Shown here piece by piece: positions 23,525 through 31,523 of a DNA stretch of 55,983 bases (position 1 is its first letter; the number at the start of each line of letters is the position of its first letter). The position numbers were made by a program, and so were the translations under genes. The DNA is from a virus. A model generated the notes under the pieces. It was not told the origin of the DNA. It saw nothing but the letters and a program-made list of their open reading frames with translations, and ran no database searches. Location: positions 1 through 55,983 of the IMG/VR virus record IMGVR_UViG_3300016478_000096; one strand, written 5' to 3'.

Positions 23525-23751
23525 AGCCGTGGAGCGTAGAAGAGTGCGAGGCTTACGCCAAACAACTCAGGGATAAAACAAGAGCAAACACGGCAGAACA
23601 CGCCGCGCAAGCGATTGAATATTTGTTGGGTTTGGTCAGGCGTGAATGGGTTGGCTTAACTGATGTAGAAATCAATGACTGTATGAGCATGAGCATCCAA
23701 AAGACCTGCCGCGCAGTTGAAGCCAAACTTAAGGAAAAGAACCATGGCTGA
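23521..23751 (+). CDS. Hypothetical protein (76 aa) with a WVGLT...EAKLKEKN tail, paralogous to the C-terminus of the preceding gene.
   Basis: REWVGLTDVEI...AVEAKLKEKNHG compares with RTWVGLTEEDK...AIEAKLKEKNT. Confidence 0.65.
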   Translation: MKPWSVEECEAYAKQLRDKTRANTAEHAAQAIEYLLGLVRREWVGLTDVEINDCMSMSIQKTCRAVEAKLKEKNHG

Positions 23752-23911
23752 ATACACCTGCGAAACCTATGGCATGGCAAGATTTCATGTGCCAGATGGC
23801 ATGTATTCAATTGCTGAACTGGAGAAAATGCTGGCTGATTTTAAAGAGGCCAAGCGGCGACAAGACGAGCATCTCAAGGTTGCAATCAAACCACTCAAGG
23901 AGACCCCATGA
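23744..23911 (+). CDS. Hypothetical protein (55 aa).
   Basis: ATG at 23744 overlaps the upstream gene by 8 nt. Confidence 0.5.
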   Translation: MAEYTCETYGMARFHVPDGMYSIAELEKMLADFKEAKRRQDEHLKVAIKPLKETP

Positions 23912-24219
23912 CCCCCGAAGACGAAGAATTCGAGCGCATCGAGCGCGAGGCCAAAATGAAGCCTTCAAAAATCTCGTTCAACATGACGAACCCGATGCCA
24001 AAGGCGGTGATGACGCTGTCCTGCGAGGGCATCTGGGTTGACCCCAGCCTTTCTGTCGATGAGGCGGCCAGGACGGTGCTGGCGGCGATTGACGGCCAGA
24101 TAAAGCACATGGTCGACGAGGTGCGCAGGGCTGAACGCGAGGCGTGTGCGAGGGTGGCTGAGCGCTCGGAATCTGCCGAGCATTGCGCCGCCGCCATCCG
24201 CGCAAGGAGCCAGCCATGA
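23908..24219 (+). CDS. Hypothetical protein (103 aa) ending in ...CAAAIRARSQP.
   Basis: ATGA overlap. The C-terminal motif is shared with the 17977 and 29798 genes. Confidence 0.65.
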   Translation: MTPEDEEFERIEREAKMKPSKISFNMTNPMPKAVMTLSCEGIWVDPSLSVDEAARTVLAAIDGQIKHMVDEVRRAEREACARVAERSESAEHCAAAIRARSQP

Positions 24220-24392
24220 AGACCCAGCATTGCGACGAGTGCAAGCACGCCACCATGCGTGCGCTGCCCAAGCCTGTCTTGGTCTGCGCCATGCTGCACA
24301 AGCCGCGCTTTTACGCGCCGGTGTACTTCCAGCGGGACACTTGGGGATTCAAGCGCAAGTGCGAGGACTTTTCCAAGAAGGAGCGCCCATGA
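24216..24392 (+). CDS. Hypothetical Cys-containing protein (58 aa).
   Basis: ATG at 24216 with an ATGA overlap. Confidence 0.55.
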   Translation: MKTQHCDECKHATMRALPKPVLVCAMLHKPRFYAPVYFQRDTWGFKRKCEDFSKKERP

Positions 24393-24607
24393 ACTGCTGC
24401 GACGAATACGGCAACTGCAACCAAGGCCGCGACTGCCCGGTGCGCAAGGAGCGCCAGCAGTGCCCACACTGCCGGGGCTTGGGCTACGACGCCAGCGGTC
24501 TGAAATGCAGCTGCCAGCCGGACCACTTTGGCAACACGCTGGCCTGGATTCTGGGCGGCTTCATCGCCGTGATGCTGGTATTGATGACCGTCAGGAGCTG
24601 CGCATGA
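24389..24607 (+). CDS. Cys-rich protein with a C-terminal transmembrane helix (72 aa).
   Basis: MNCCDEYGNCNQGRDCP...CPHCRG, then WILGGFIAVMLVLMTV. ATGA overlap. Confidence 0.6.
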   Translation: MNCCDEYGNCNQGRDCPVRKERQQCPHCRGLGYDASGLKCSCQPDHFGNTLAWILGGFIAVMLVLMTVRSCA

Positions 24608-24753
24608 TTTACACCCCCTACACCGGTCCCGCAAAACCTATCCCGACTTGGCGCAGGCCAAAAATCGACTACGTTGAAGCTGTTGTATTTTTGTCTGGAT
24701 TTTTGATAACAGGACTTGATGTTTTTGTGTGGCGAGCGAACATGCCACTGTGA
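24604..24753 (+). CDS. Hypothetical 49-aa membrane peptide.
   Basis: ATGA overlap. Hydrophobic segment AVVFLSGFLITGLDVFVW. Confidence 0.5.
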   Translation: MIYTPYTGPAKPIPTWRRPKIDYVEAVVFLSGFLITGLDVFVWRANMPL

Positions 24754-24804
24754 TTTTTAAAGCCGGATTTCCCGGCGCAAAACGGAAGCTGAAAGGAGCA
24801 ACCA

Positions 24805-25080
24805 ATGAGTAAACACACACCGGAGCCTTGGATCTACATCGGGAATGGCGACATCGTTGCACGGTCCGAGAATTATTGTGGCGGCGAAAAAGACATCGCT
24901 TCCGTTTTTTTGACCGTAAATGATGAAGATGAAGCCAACGCCCGCCTGATCGCCGCTGCGCCTGATCTGCTGGAGGCGCTGCAAGCCATCATGGCGGGAG
25001 TCGCTGGCTGTGAGCGACAGCCACACTGGGAAGCCGCCCGCGCCGCCATCGCCAAGGCCACAGGAGGCAACAATGTTTGA
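24805..25080 (+). CDS. Hypothetical protein (91 aa).
   Basis: AAAGGAG SD. Contains the recurrent phage motif EANARLIAAAPDLLEAL. Confidence 0.7.
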   Translation: MSKHTPEPWIYIGNGDIVARSENYCGGEKDIASVFLTVNDEDEANARLIAAAPDLLEALQAIMAGVAGCERQPHWEAARAAIAKATGGNNV

Positions 25081-25483
25081 CCGCACTATCGTCCACCAGG
25101 CGCCGGACCACATCCGCGCCGAAATAACCGTCACTGAAAAACGCGCGCCAACCGACGACTCGGTGCGGCTGTTGCGTGAGATGGAGGCCAAAGCCAAGGC
25201 AGAGGTCATCAAAGCGGTGGCCATCAACGACAACCTGTTCAGCGGCGTGATTCACACGATGTTTGACGCGCTCTCGTATCGAACCACTGTGCGTCTGGTC
25301 TATTCGCTGAATGGGAAAAAGCTCACCACGGATTACCACATTGACGAATCTGCAAAATCGCAATACGACTCAATAAATGGCTTGATTGACGCCGTCGCGC
25401 GCGACATTGCCATCGAGATTTTGCGCAAGCCAATATCAGAGGCGATGAAAGCAAACCACGGAATTTTCGGGAGCAACAAATGA
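25073..25483 (+). CDS. Hypothetical protein (136 aa).
   Basis: ATG at 25073 overlaps the upstream gene by 8 nt. Confidence 0.65.
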   Translation: MFDRTIVHQAPDHIRAEITVTEKRAPTDDSVRLLREMEAKAKAEVIKAVAINDNLFSGVIHTMFDALSYRTTVRLVYSLNGKKLTTDYHIDESAKSQYDSINGLIDAVARDIAIEILRKPISEAMKANHGIFGSNK

Positions 25484-25695
25484 AAGTCCACAAAGTAATC
25501 TGGTTCACCAGCGGCAAGGGCCTGGTGGGCATCGTTGAGGCCACGCAGGACGACGGCGAGCACGGCTACTGGATCGCGCCGTGCGACGGCTTCAACGAGG
25601 TGATCGACCAGAACCTGGTCGCGGTGCACGGGGCGCGGTTTCCGGACCACGCGGGCAAGGCGATTTTTGGGCACCTGGAGGTTGACCATGAATGA
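25480..25695 (+). CDS. Hypothetical protein (71 aa).
   Basis: ATGA overlap. Confidence 0.6.
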   Translation: MKVHKVIWFTSGKGLVGIVEATQDDGEHGYWIAPCDGFNEVIDQNLVAVHGARFPDHAGKAIFGHLEVDHE

Positions 25696-26014
25696 CCTCG
25701 AACTGTTGATGGCGGCTGCAAAAGCTGCGGGACTTAAGGTGATCCTTCCTGCTGCCCATCAGCGCGGCCTGTGGATTGAGGGCCTTGAGGACGAATGGAA
25801 TCCGCTCGAGGACGACGGCGACGCGCTGCGGCTGGCGGTGAAGCTCGGCATGAACGTGTACACGGACCATGGACGTTCTATGGCAGAAGTTCTTTGCAAC
25901 GCAGAGCGAGACTACGAATCTGCATCAGAAAACCATGACAACGACGCAAACGCCGCAACCCGCCGAGCCATCGTGCGCGTGGCCGCTTACCAGGAGAAAA
26001 ACAATGGCAACTGA
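25688..26014 (+). CDS. Hypothetical protein, possibly a phage ABA-sandwich domain (108 aa).
   Basis: WNPLEDDGDALRLAVKLGM resembles that family. ATG at 25688. Confidence 0.5.
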   Translation: MNDLELLMAAAKAAGLKVILPAAHQRGLWIEGLEDEWNPLEDDGDALRLAVKLGMNVYTDHGRSMAEVLCNAERDYESASENHDNDANAATRRAIVRVAAYQEKNNGN

Positions 26015-26957
26015 AATCATCGTTCCAAGCAACCAGGAGCACTGGCTGGCCATGCGCAAGCTGGACGTCACTTCCACCGAGTCAGCGTGCCTGTTTGGTG
26101 AAAGCCCCTATATGACCCACTTTGATTTGTGGCACCGCAAGCGCACAGGTGTTGTTCCAGAGTTCAAAGCAAATGAGCGCGTTCTTTGGGGCCAGCGACT
26201 TGAGTCGGCAATTGCTTATGGCATCGCTGAAGAACAAGGGTGGGAAGTTAAGCCGATGAAGGAGTATTTCAGAAATCCAGACTTACGCATGGGCAGCTCG
26301 TTTGATTTTGTCATCACGAATCTTGGGGAACCCGTCCATCTGGAAATCAAAAACGTGGACTACCTTGCATTTCGGGATGGGTGGCTGGAACACGACGATG
26401 GGTCCATCGAGGCCCCAACCCACATTGAGCTTCAAGTGCAGCACCAGATGGCCGTGAGCGGTTTCAAGCGCGCGTTCATCGGCGCGTTCATCGCGGGCAA
26501 CCGTGGCGTGGTGATCGAGCGCCTGCGCGACGACGATGTGATCGCAGCGATCCGCGCCAAGGTGGCAGACTTCTGGCGCACGGTGGACGCGGGCCTGGAG
26601 CCCGAGCCCGTGATGCCAGGCGACGCTGAGGTGATCATTCGCATGAACCAGTACGCCAAGCCGGGCAAGATTCTGAGCGCAGAGGGCGACGACACCCTGG
26701 CCGAAATGCTGGAGCGGTACAAAAAAGCCGCCGCCGCTGAGAAGAACGCCAAGGAGGACAAGGAAGTCGCCAAAGCTGAAATTTTCCAGCACATCGGGGA
26801 CGCCGAGAAGGTGCTCACCAGCGCATGGAGCGTGACCTGCTCGACGCGCGCTGACACGCCACCGACGCTGATCACCGAGGACATGGTGGGCAGCTCGTAT
26901 GGGGGTAAATCTGGATTCAGAAACTGCCTAATTTACCCACGCAAGCCCACGAAATGA
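26004..26957 (+). CDS. YqaJ/lambda-Exo-type recombination exonuclease (317 aa).
   Basis: EHWLAMRKLDVTSTESACLFGESPYMTHFDLWHRKRTG is typical of the YqaJ N-terminus. ATG at 26004; lies adjacent to RecT. Confidence 0.8.
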   Translation: MATEIIVPSNQEHWLAMRKLDVTSTESACLFGESPYMTHFDLWHRKRTGVVPEFKANERVLWGQRLESAIAYGIAEEQGWEVKPMKEYFRNPDLRMGSSFDFVITNLGEPVHLEIKNVDYLAFRDGWLEHDDGSIEAPTHIELQVQHQMAVSGFKRAFIGAFIAGNRGVVIERLRDDDVIAAIRAKVADFWRTVDAGLEPEPVMPGDAEVIIRMNQYAKPGKILSAEGDDTLAEMLERYKKAAAAEKNAKEDKEVAKAEIFQHIGDAEKVLTSAWSVTCSTRADTPPTLITEDMVGSSYGGKSGFRNCLIYPRKPTK

Positions 26958-27035
26958 TGGTACACTGGTGCGAAATTCCAAACAGGAATCCACCCCGCCA
27001 CCGGTCGGCCACCGGCGTTTTCAGGAGCAACTCAA

Positions 27036-27908
27036 ATGAGTCAAGTCGCTGTAATCAACGAAGTCAGAAGCGCCATTGAGCGCATGTCCCCGCAATTCAA
27101 AGCCGCGCTTCCAGCACACATCCCTGTCGAGCGTTTCATTCGAACAACGCTGACAGCGGTTCAAACAAACCCGGCACTTTTGAGCGCCGACCGCCGCACG
27201 CTTTTTGCCAGCGCAACACGCGCGGCGCAAATGGGTCTGCTTCCCGATGGGCGCGAAGGTGCCATCGTGACATTTGGCCAAAACTGCCAATTTATGCCAA
27301 TGATGGCCGGCATTCTGAAGTTGGTGCGCAACAGCGGAGAGCTGGCCTCCATCGATGCGCAAATCGTCTACAAGAACGACGGTTTCACTTACCGACCAGG
27401 CATCGACTTGGTGCCTCAACACACACCGGATTGGTTTGGTGAGCGAGGCGATATCGTTGGCGTCTATGCGGTGGCAAAGATGAAGGACGGATCGGCCTAC
27501 GTTGAAATCCTGTCCCACAAACAGGTCGAACAGGTGCGAAACGTGAGCCGCGCCAAAGGCTCCGGCCCATGGGTGACCTGGTGGGATGAAATGGCTCGCA
27601 AGACGGCGATTCGCCGCCTGGCCAAACGCCTGCCGCTTTCCACTGATCTGGACGGAGCCCTGGCATCGGACGACGAGCTGTTCATGCCACCCGAGCCCGC
27701 CGAGGCGCCACGAGAGGCCGCACAAGAGGCCGAAAAGCCCTCGGCGGCCCGGCGCCCCAGCCGCCTGAATAAAGTCGCTGAGCAGGCCCCGCAAGCAGGC
27801 TCACAGGCCGCCCAGGCTGCCGACGCAGACGGCGTGATCGATGTGCCGCACACTGAAGTGCATGACGGCCAGGAATACGTCGGCGACGAGGCTGACAGCC
27901 CGATCTGA
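27036..27908 (+). CDS. recT: RecT-family single-strand annealing protein.
   Basis: QMGLLPDGREGAIV...GDIVGVYAVAKMKDGS...WDEMARKTAIRRLAKRLPLS is a RecT signature. AGGAG SD. Confidence 0.85.
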   Translation: MSQVAVINEVRSAIERMSPQFKAALPAHIPVERFIRTTLTAVQTNPALLSADRRTLFASATRAAQMGLLPDGREGAIVTFGQNCQFMPMMAGILKLVRNSGELASIDAQIVYKNDGFTYRPGIDLVPQHTPDWFGERGDIVGVYAVAKMKDGSAYVEILSHKQVEQVRNVSRAKGSGPWVTWWDEMARKTAIRRLAKRLPLSTDLDGALASDDELFMPPEPAEAPREAAQEAEKPSAARRPSRLNKVAEQAPQAGSQAAQAADADGVIDVPHTEVHDGQEYVGDEADSPI

Positions 27909-27922
27909 AAGGACCCGAAAAA

Positions 27923-28129
27923 ATGAAATACCTGATCTACCTTGTCCGCGAATCCAACGACCCCGATGGCGACTTCCGTTTGATTCGCGCTGGCAGCCCC
28001 GCCCAGGTGATGCGCCACCTCATGAAGGACCGCTTCATCATCGAGCGCCCAGGCACGGCCGAAGTAGCCGACTACATGGAGGCTGGCATTCCCATCGAGC
28101 GCGTGGCCAACAACGACCTCGAGAACTGA
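27923..28129 (+). CDS. Hypothetical protein (68 aa).
   Basis: AAAGGA SD. Lies in the recombination module. Confidence 0.65.
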   Translation: MKYLIYLVRESNDPDGDFRLIRAGSPAQVMRHLMKDRFIIERPGTAEVADYMEAGIPIERVANNDLEN

Positions 28130-28151
28130 TTTTTTAACCCAGGAGCACACC

Positions 28152-28508
28152 ATGAGCGATCAGAAAGCAACCCCCATCAGCGTCGCAGCCGCGACCGATG
28201 TTTCCGAGTTTTTCACCGACCTGGACGGCGGCATCTTTGAGCGCAAGCTCTCGATTGCCCTGTCTCAGGTGGCCGCAGCCTGCCAGGACCACGACAAGGT
28301 CGGCGAGGTCAACATCAAGCTGTCGTTTTCGCAGATTCCCGGCACCGGCCAGGTGCGCTGCGAGCACACGCTCAAGTTCGTCAAGCCAACCTTGGACGGC
28401 AAAGCCGGCGAGGAAGAAAAGCGCGCCACCGTCCTGCACGTTGGCAAGTACGGCGCCATCTCGCTCGCTCAGCCCTCGTTGATGGGCAAGCAAGGCGAGC
28501 TGGTTTAA
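28152..28508 (+). CDS. Hypothetical protein (118 aa).
   Basis: AGGAG SD. Lies immediately upstream of the DUF2303 gene. Confidence 0.7.
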   Translation: MSDQKATPISVAAATDVSEFFTDLDGGIFERKLSIALSQVAAACQDHDKVGEVNIKLSFSQIPGTGQVRCEHTLKFVKPTLDGKAGEEEKRATVLHVGKYGAISLAQPSLMGKQGELV

Positions 28509-28517
28509 GGGGCCGCC

Positions 28518-29327
28518 ATGATCGACAAACAAGCCATCGAGGCCCTGCAACTGTCGCAGGCCATCACAAGCGCAAACGACTGCGTCAGCGCCACGGCCGT
28601 GACAGCGTTGCCGGAAAACTTCAAACTGCACGACCTGGAAAAGCACCAGGTGTTTCGCCGCCGCGCGATCGGCCAGATGAACACCACCAGCGTGCAGGAC
28701 TTTGCAAGCTACATCGAGGACCACGCCGAGCCTGGCGCCACGGTGTTTGTGAACGCCGAGTCCATGAAAGCTGTTGCGGTGCTCAACCTGGGCACGCCAG
28801 ACGAGCCTGGCCACGCCGACAACACGGCTGTGCTGGCACCGAAGAAAACAGCAGCCTTCACGGCTTTGCTGGCCATGGCCAACGGTCAGCCGCGCAGCCA
28901 GCAGGACGTTGCCGAGTTCCTGGAGGACTGGCCCAGCATGGTCAGCTGCTACAACGACGAGGGCACCATCACCAACGCCAAGGCGATCGCCGCTGTCCGC
29001 AAGGTCAGCATCGAGGCCATGCGCAAGATGGAGAGCATCGAGAAGCAGCATGCGGCCAGCCGCAGCGCGTTCGAGAGCATCCAGGCGAGCAGCACCGAGC
29101 CGCTGCCCACCCTGGTGTACTTCGAGACCGTGCCTTACAACGGCCTGAACTCTCGCCTGTTTGTGATGCGCCTTGGCGTGCGCACAGGCAGCGACAAACC
29201 GGCACTGACCCTTCGTATCCAGAACATGGAGCAACACGAAGAGGACATGGCCACGGAGCTGGCTGATCTGGTCGGCGACACCGTGAAAACCACCCCCGTG
29301 CTTTTGGGCACATACCAACCTAAGTGA
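28518..29327 (+). CDS. DUF2303 (YfdQ-like) protein.
   Basis: 269 aa. The overall pattern (FASYIEDHAEPGATVFVN...AEFLEDW...RLGVRTG) matches my recollection of the YfdQ family, which accompanies RecT/Exo modules. Confidence 0.6.
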   Translation: MIDKQAIEALQLSQAITSANDCVSATAVTALPENFKLHDLEKHQVFRRRAIGQMNTTSVQDFASYIEDHAEPGATVFVNAESMKAVAVLNLGTPDEPGHADNTAVLAPKKTAAFTALLAMANGQPRSQQDVAEFLEDWPSMVSCYNDEGTITNAKAIAAVRKVSIEAMRKMESIEKQHAASRSAFESIQASSTEPLPTLVYFETVPYNGLNSRLFVMRLGVRTGSDKPALTLRIQNMEQHEEDMATELADLVGDTVKTTPVLLGTYQPK

Positions 29328-29545
29328 TCACCATGGAAAACCAAACCACCGCCCCCACCATCACCATTAAGTACACCGTCGAGGAGTTCAACTTCCTGCA
29401 CGCGATCTTGAGCGACCTGCCCACCAAGTCCAACGCCTGGGTGCTTCGCAACAACATGGAGCGCCAGGCGCAGGCGCAGGCCCAGGCTAAGAGCATCCCG
29501 GTTGTGGACCCCAACGCAGCGCCAGCCGCACCGGCCGCCGAATAA
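29324..29545 (+). CDS. Hypothetical protein (73 aa from GTG 29324, or 70 aa from ATG 29333).
   Basis: ORF directly upstream of the AlpA-like HTH gene. Start ambiguous. Confidence 0.55.
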   Translation: MITMENQTTAPTITIKYTVEEFNFLHAILSDLPTKSNAWVLRNNMERQAQAQAQAKSIPVVDPNAAPAAPAAE

Positions 29546-29588
29546 CGCGAAACGGGGCCGCCTACGGGCGGTCCCACAAGGAGTACGA

Positions 29589-29801
29589 ATGGAGAAGTTT
29601 GAAAACCAGATGCTGACGCCGCAGGAGGTTTCCCAGCTGATCAAGATTTCACCTGGCACCCTCGAAAACTGGCGCATGCAAGGCCGGGGTCCAAAGTTCA
29701 TCAAGCTCGGCGGCGGCCCGCGTGGGCACGTTCGTTACCGCCAGCAAGACGTCGAGGACTGGATGTTTGAGGACTCAAAAACACCGAAGGAGCAATCATG
29801 A
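29589..29801 (+). CDS. AlpA/MerR-type (excisionase-fold) HTH DNA-binding protein (70 aa).
   Basis: MLTPQEVSQLIKISPGTLENWRMQGRGPKFIKLGG...VRYRQQDVEDW. AAGGAG SD. Confidence 0.7.
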   Translation: MEKFENQMLTPQEVSQLIKISPGTLENWRMQGRGPKFIKLGGGPRGHVRYRQQDVEDWMFEDSKTPKEQS

Positions 29802-30244
29802 ACGACCCATACGCAAGCGAAGCCGACACCCTGGCACTGCTTCGACCAGACCAGCGCAGCGACGCTGAAAAGAAACTGGACGCCATGCTTGAGGAGCGCG
29901 GCGCCTGGGAACAGGGCTCCGATGCTTACCCGATCCTGTACCAGTTTGCGCTGGAGCAGATGGTGGAGCGCGAATCCATCATGCAAGCGATCAGCGACCC
30001 AGAAAACCAGCCCTCGCAGTTTGGCACGGTGACGCTGGCATACATGCAGCGCGAGGTTGCGGCCGAGCGGGAAACGTGTGCGAAGGTGGCCGAATCACTC
30101 TGGCAGCAATATCAAGACACCAAGGACGCGCACGAGAAAATGTCGCCGGAGCCATTCATGCCGGGACGCTTTGGCTTTGACCAGTCAACCATTCAGCAGT
30201 CCCGCCGCATTGCAGACGCCATCCGAGCAAGGGGCCAATCATGA
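29798..30244 (+). CDS. Hypothetical protein (148 aa) ending in ...IADAIRARGQS.
   Basis: ATGA overlap. Shared C-terminal motif. Confidence 0.65.
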   Translation: MNDPYASEADTLALLRPDQRSDAEKKLDAMLEERGAWEQGSDAYPILYQFALEQMVERESIMQAISDPENQPSQFGTVTLAYMQREVAAERETCAKVAESLWQQYQDTKDAHEKMSPEPFMPGRFGFDQSTIQQSRRIADAIRARGQS

Positions 30245-30360
30245 CCGAATCCCAGATCGCCATGCCGCCCTCTAACATTTTCCTGGCCGCCTGGCTGGGC
30301 AAGCACTGGCTGAATGGCTTGTTCTTCGTTTTTTACGTGGTTTCCGCGCTGCTTAAATGA
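30241..30360 (+). CDS. Hypothetical 39-aa membrane peptide.
   Basis: Hand translation gives MTESQIAMPPSNIFLAAWLGKHWLNGLFFVFYVVSALLK. ATGA overlaps at both ends. Confidence 0.5.
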   Translation: MTESQIAMPPSNIFLAAWLGKHWLNGLFFVFYVVSALLK

Positions 30361-30557
30361 CAAACGAACAACCCGGCCCCATCCCCCTGCCACACAGCGC
30401 CCAGATGCTGGAAATTCTGGAGCGCATCGTCAAGCTCAATGAGCAAGTCGTCAAGCTCAATGAGCAAGTCGTCAAGCAAAACCAGCTGATTGTCAACGTG
30501 CTCACGCTTCCGCCGATGCTCGTCAAGCGGTCAGATTACGACCGGTCCAACCCATGA
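30357..30557 (+). CDS. Small coiled-coil protein (66 aa) containing a duplicated heptad.
   Basis: IVKLNEQVVKLNEQVVKQNQLIV is encoded by a perfect 21-bp tandem duplication. Confidence 0.6.
   Translation: MTNEQPGPIPLPHSAQMLEILERIVKLNEQVVKLNEQVVKQNQLIVNVLTLPPMLVKRSDYDRSNP
30429..30477. repeat. Perfect 21-bp tandem duplication (2.3 copies) of gtcaagctcaatgagcaagtc.
   Basis: Units at 30429-30449 and 30450-30470 are identical. A third, partial unit gtcaagc follows. Confidence 0.9.
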
Positions 30558-30793
30558 ACCAGTCCCGCATCGCCTCCCTTGCCGAGTCGGTCATGAACGT
30601 GCTGATTGGCTACGGCGTGGCGCTGGCCAGCCAACTGGCGATCTTTCCGATGTTTGGCATTCACTTATCACTCGGTGATAACTTTGCGATCGGCGCCTGG
30701 TTCACCCTTATCAGCTTGGTTCGCAGCTACGCGATCAGGCGCTGGTTCAACGCGCGGCTGCACCGAGCCGCACAGAAGATCGCAGGAATATGA
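30554..30793 (+). CDS. Membrane protein (79 aa, two predicted TM segments).
   Basis: VMNVLIGYGVALASQLAIFPMFG and FAIGAWFTLISLV. ATGA overlaps. Confidence 0.65.
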   Translation: MNQSRIASLAESVMNVLIGYGVALASQLAIFPMFGIHLSLGDNFAIGAWFTLISLVRSYAIRRWFNARLHRAAQKIAGI

Positions 30794-31311
30794 AAAAACG
30801 CAAACCAGCCAAGACGGTCTACGTGTACCGCTACAGCCTCATCGATGTGATGATGGCCAGCCCAACGGAGCCGCTGCCCGAGTCGCACCGAGTGCACCAG
30901 CTCACGCGCATGCACTCAGGCCTGGACGCCATGGAGAAAGCCCCGCAGCCCACCACCGACGACTGGCGTGTGGTGAGCGACGCGGTGAACATCATGGAGA
31001 CGCTGGTTGAAAACGGACCGTGGCCAGACTGCAATGGCGACTTGGTGGAAATCACCGACGCCAGCGGACTGCTTTCCGACGCGGTGACGGCCATGGCCCT
31101 GGCCGGCAAGCGCCACAAGGCAGGCGGCAACATCCGGCTCGACGGCGCTGGCATCCAGGCCGTGCGCGGCGTCCTGGCCGATTACAGCGACATGCTTGAA
31201 GCTCTGCCAGCGCGCACGATGATCAAAGCGCACCGGGAAACCGAGCGGCGAATTCACGAAATCTTGGTGGGAAAGAAAAAGCCGCACGATGTTGAGGTGA
31301 TGGATTTATGA
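30790..31311 (+). CDS. Hypothetical protein (173 aa).
   Basis: ATGA overlaps. Lies near the end of the rightward arm. Confidence 0.7.
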   Translation: MKKRKPAKTVYVYRYSLIDVMMASPTEPLPESHRVHQLTRMHSGLDAMEKAPQPTTDDWRVVSDAVNIMETLVENGPWPDCNGDLVEITDASGLLSDAVTAMALAGKRHKAGGNIRLDGAGIQAVRGVLADYSDMLEALPARTMIKAHRETERRIHEILVGKKKPHDVEVMDL

Positions 31312-31523
31312 GCGGGTCTGCACCGCCGGAATCGCCATGGCCGTACATCACCAGCATCTTGGGCCCGGGCCTGCACTGGTCGCGCACACCTCAAGAGCTG
31401 CGCCGGGCGATCGCCAGGGCTGAGCACGACAACCGGCACGACGCGGCCGAGCACCTGCGCATCATCTTGGACCTGCGCAACCGGGTTGCTTTCGATGGCT
31501 CAGAAAAAACCCCGCCGGGTTAG
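31308..31523 (+). CDS. Hypothetical protein (71 aa).
   Basis: ATGA overlap. Its stop codon lies in the terminator loop. Confidence 0.6.
   Translation: MSGSAPPESPWPYITSILGPGLHWSRTPQELRRAIARAEHDNRHDAAEHLRIILDLRNRVAFDGSEKTPPG

Noticed and set aside
27021-29704. Minus-strand ORFs 27021-27794 (257 aa), 27497-28153 (218 aa), 28134-29318 (394 aa) and 29135-29704 (189 aa).
   Set aside because: They are antisense to RecT, DUF2303 and their neighbours. All real genes in this arm are on the plus strand with SD sites or ATGA coupling.
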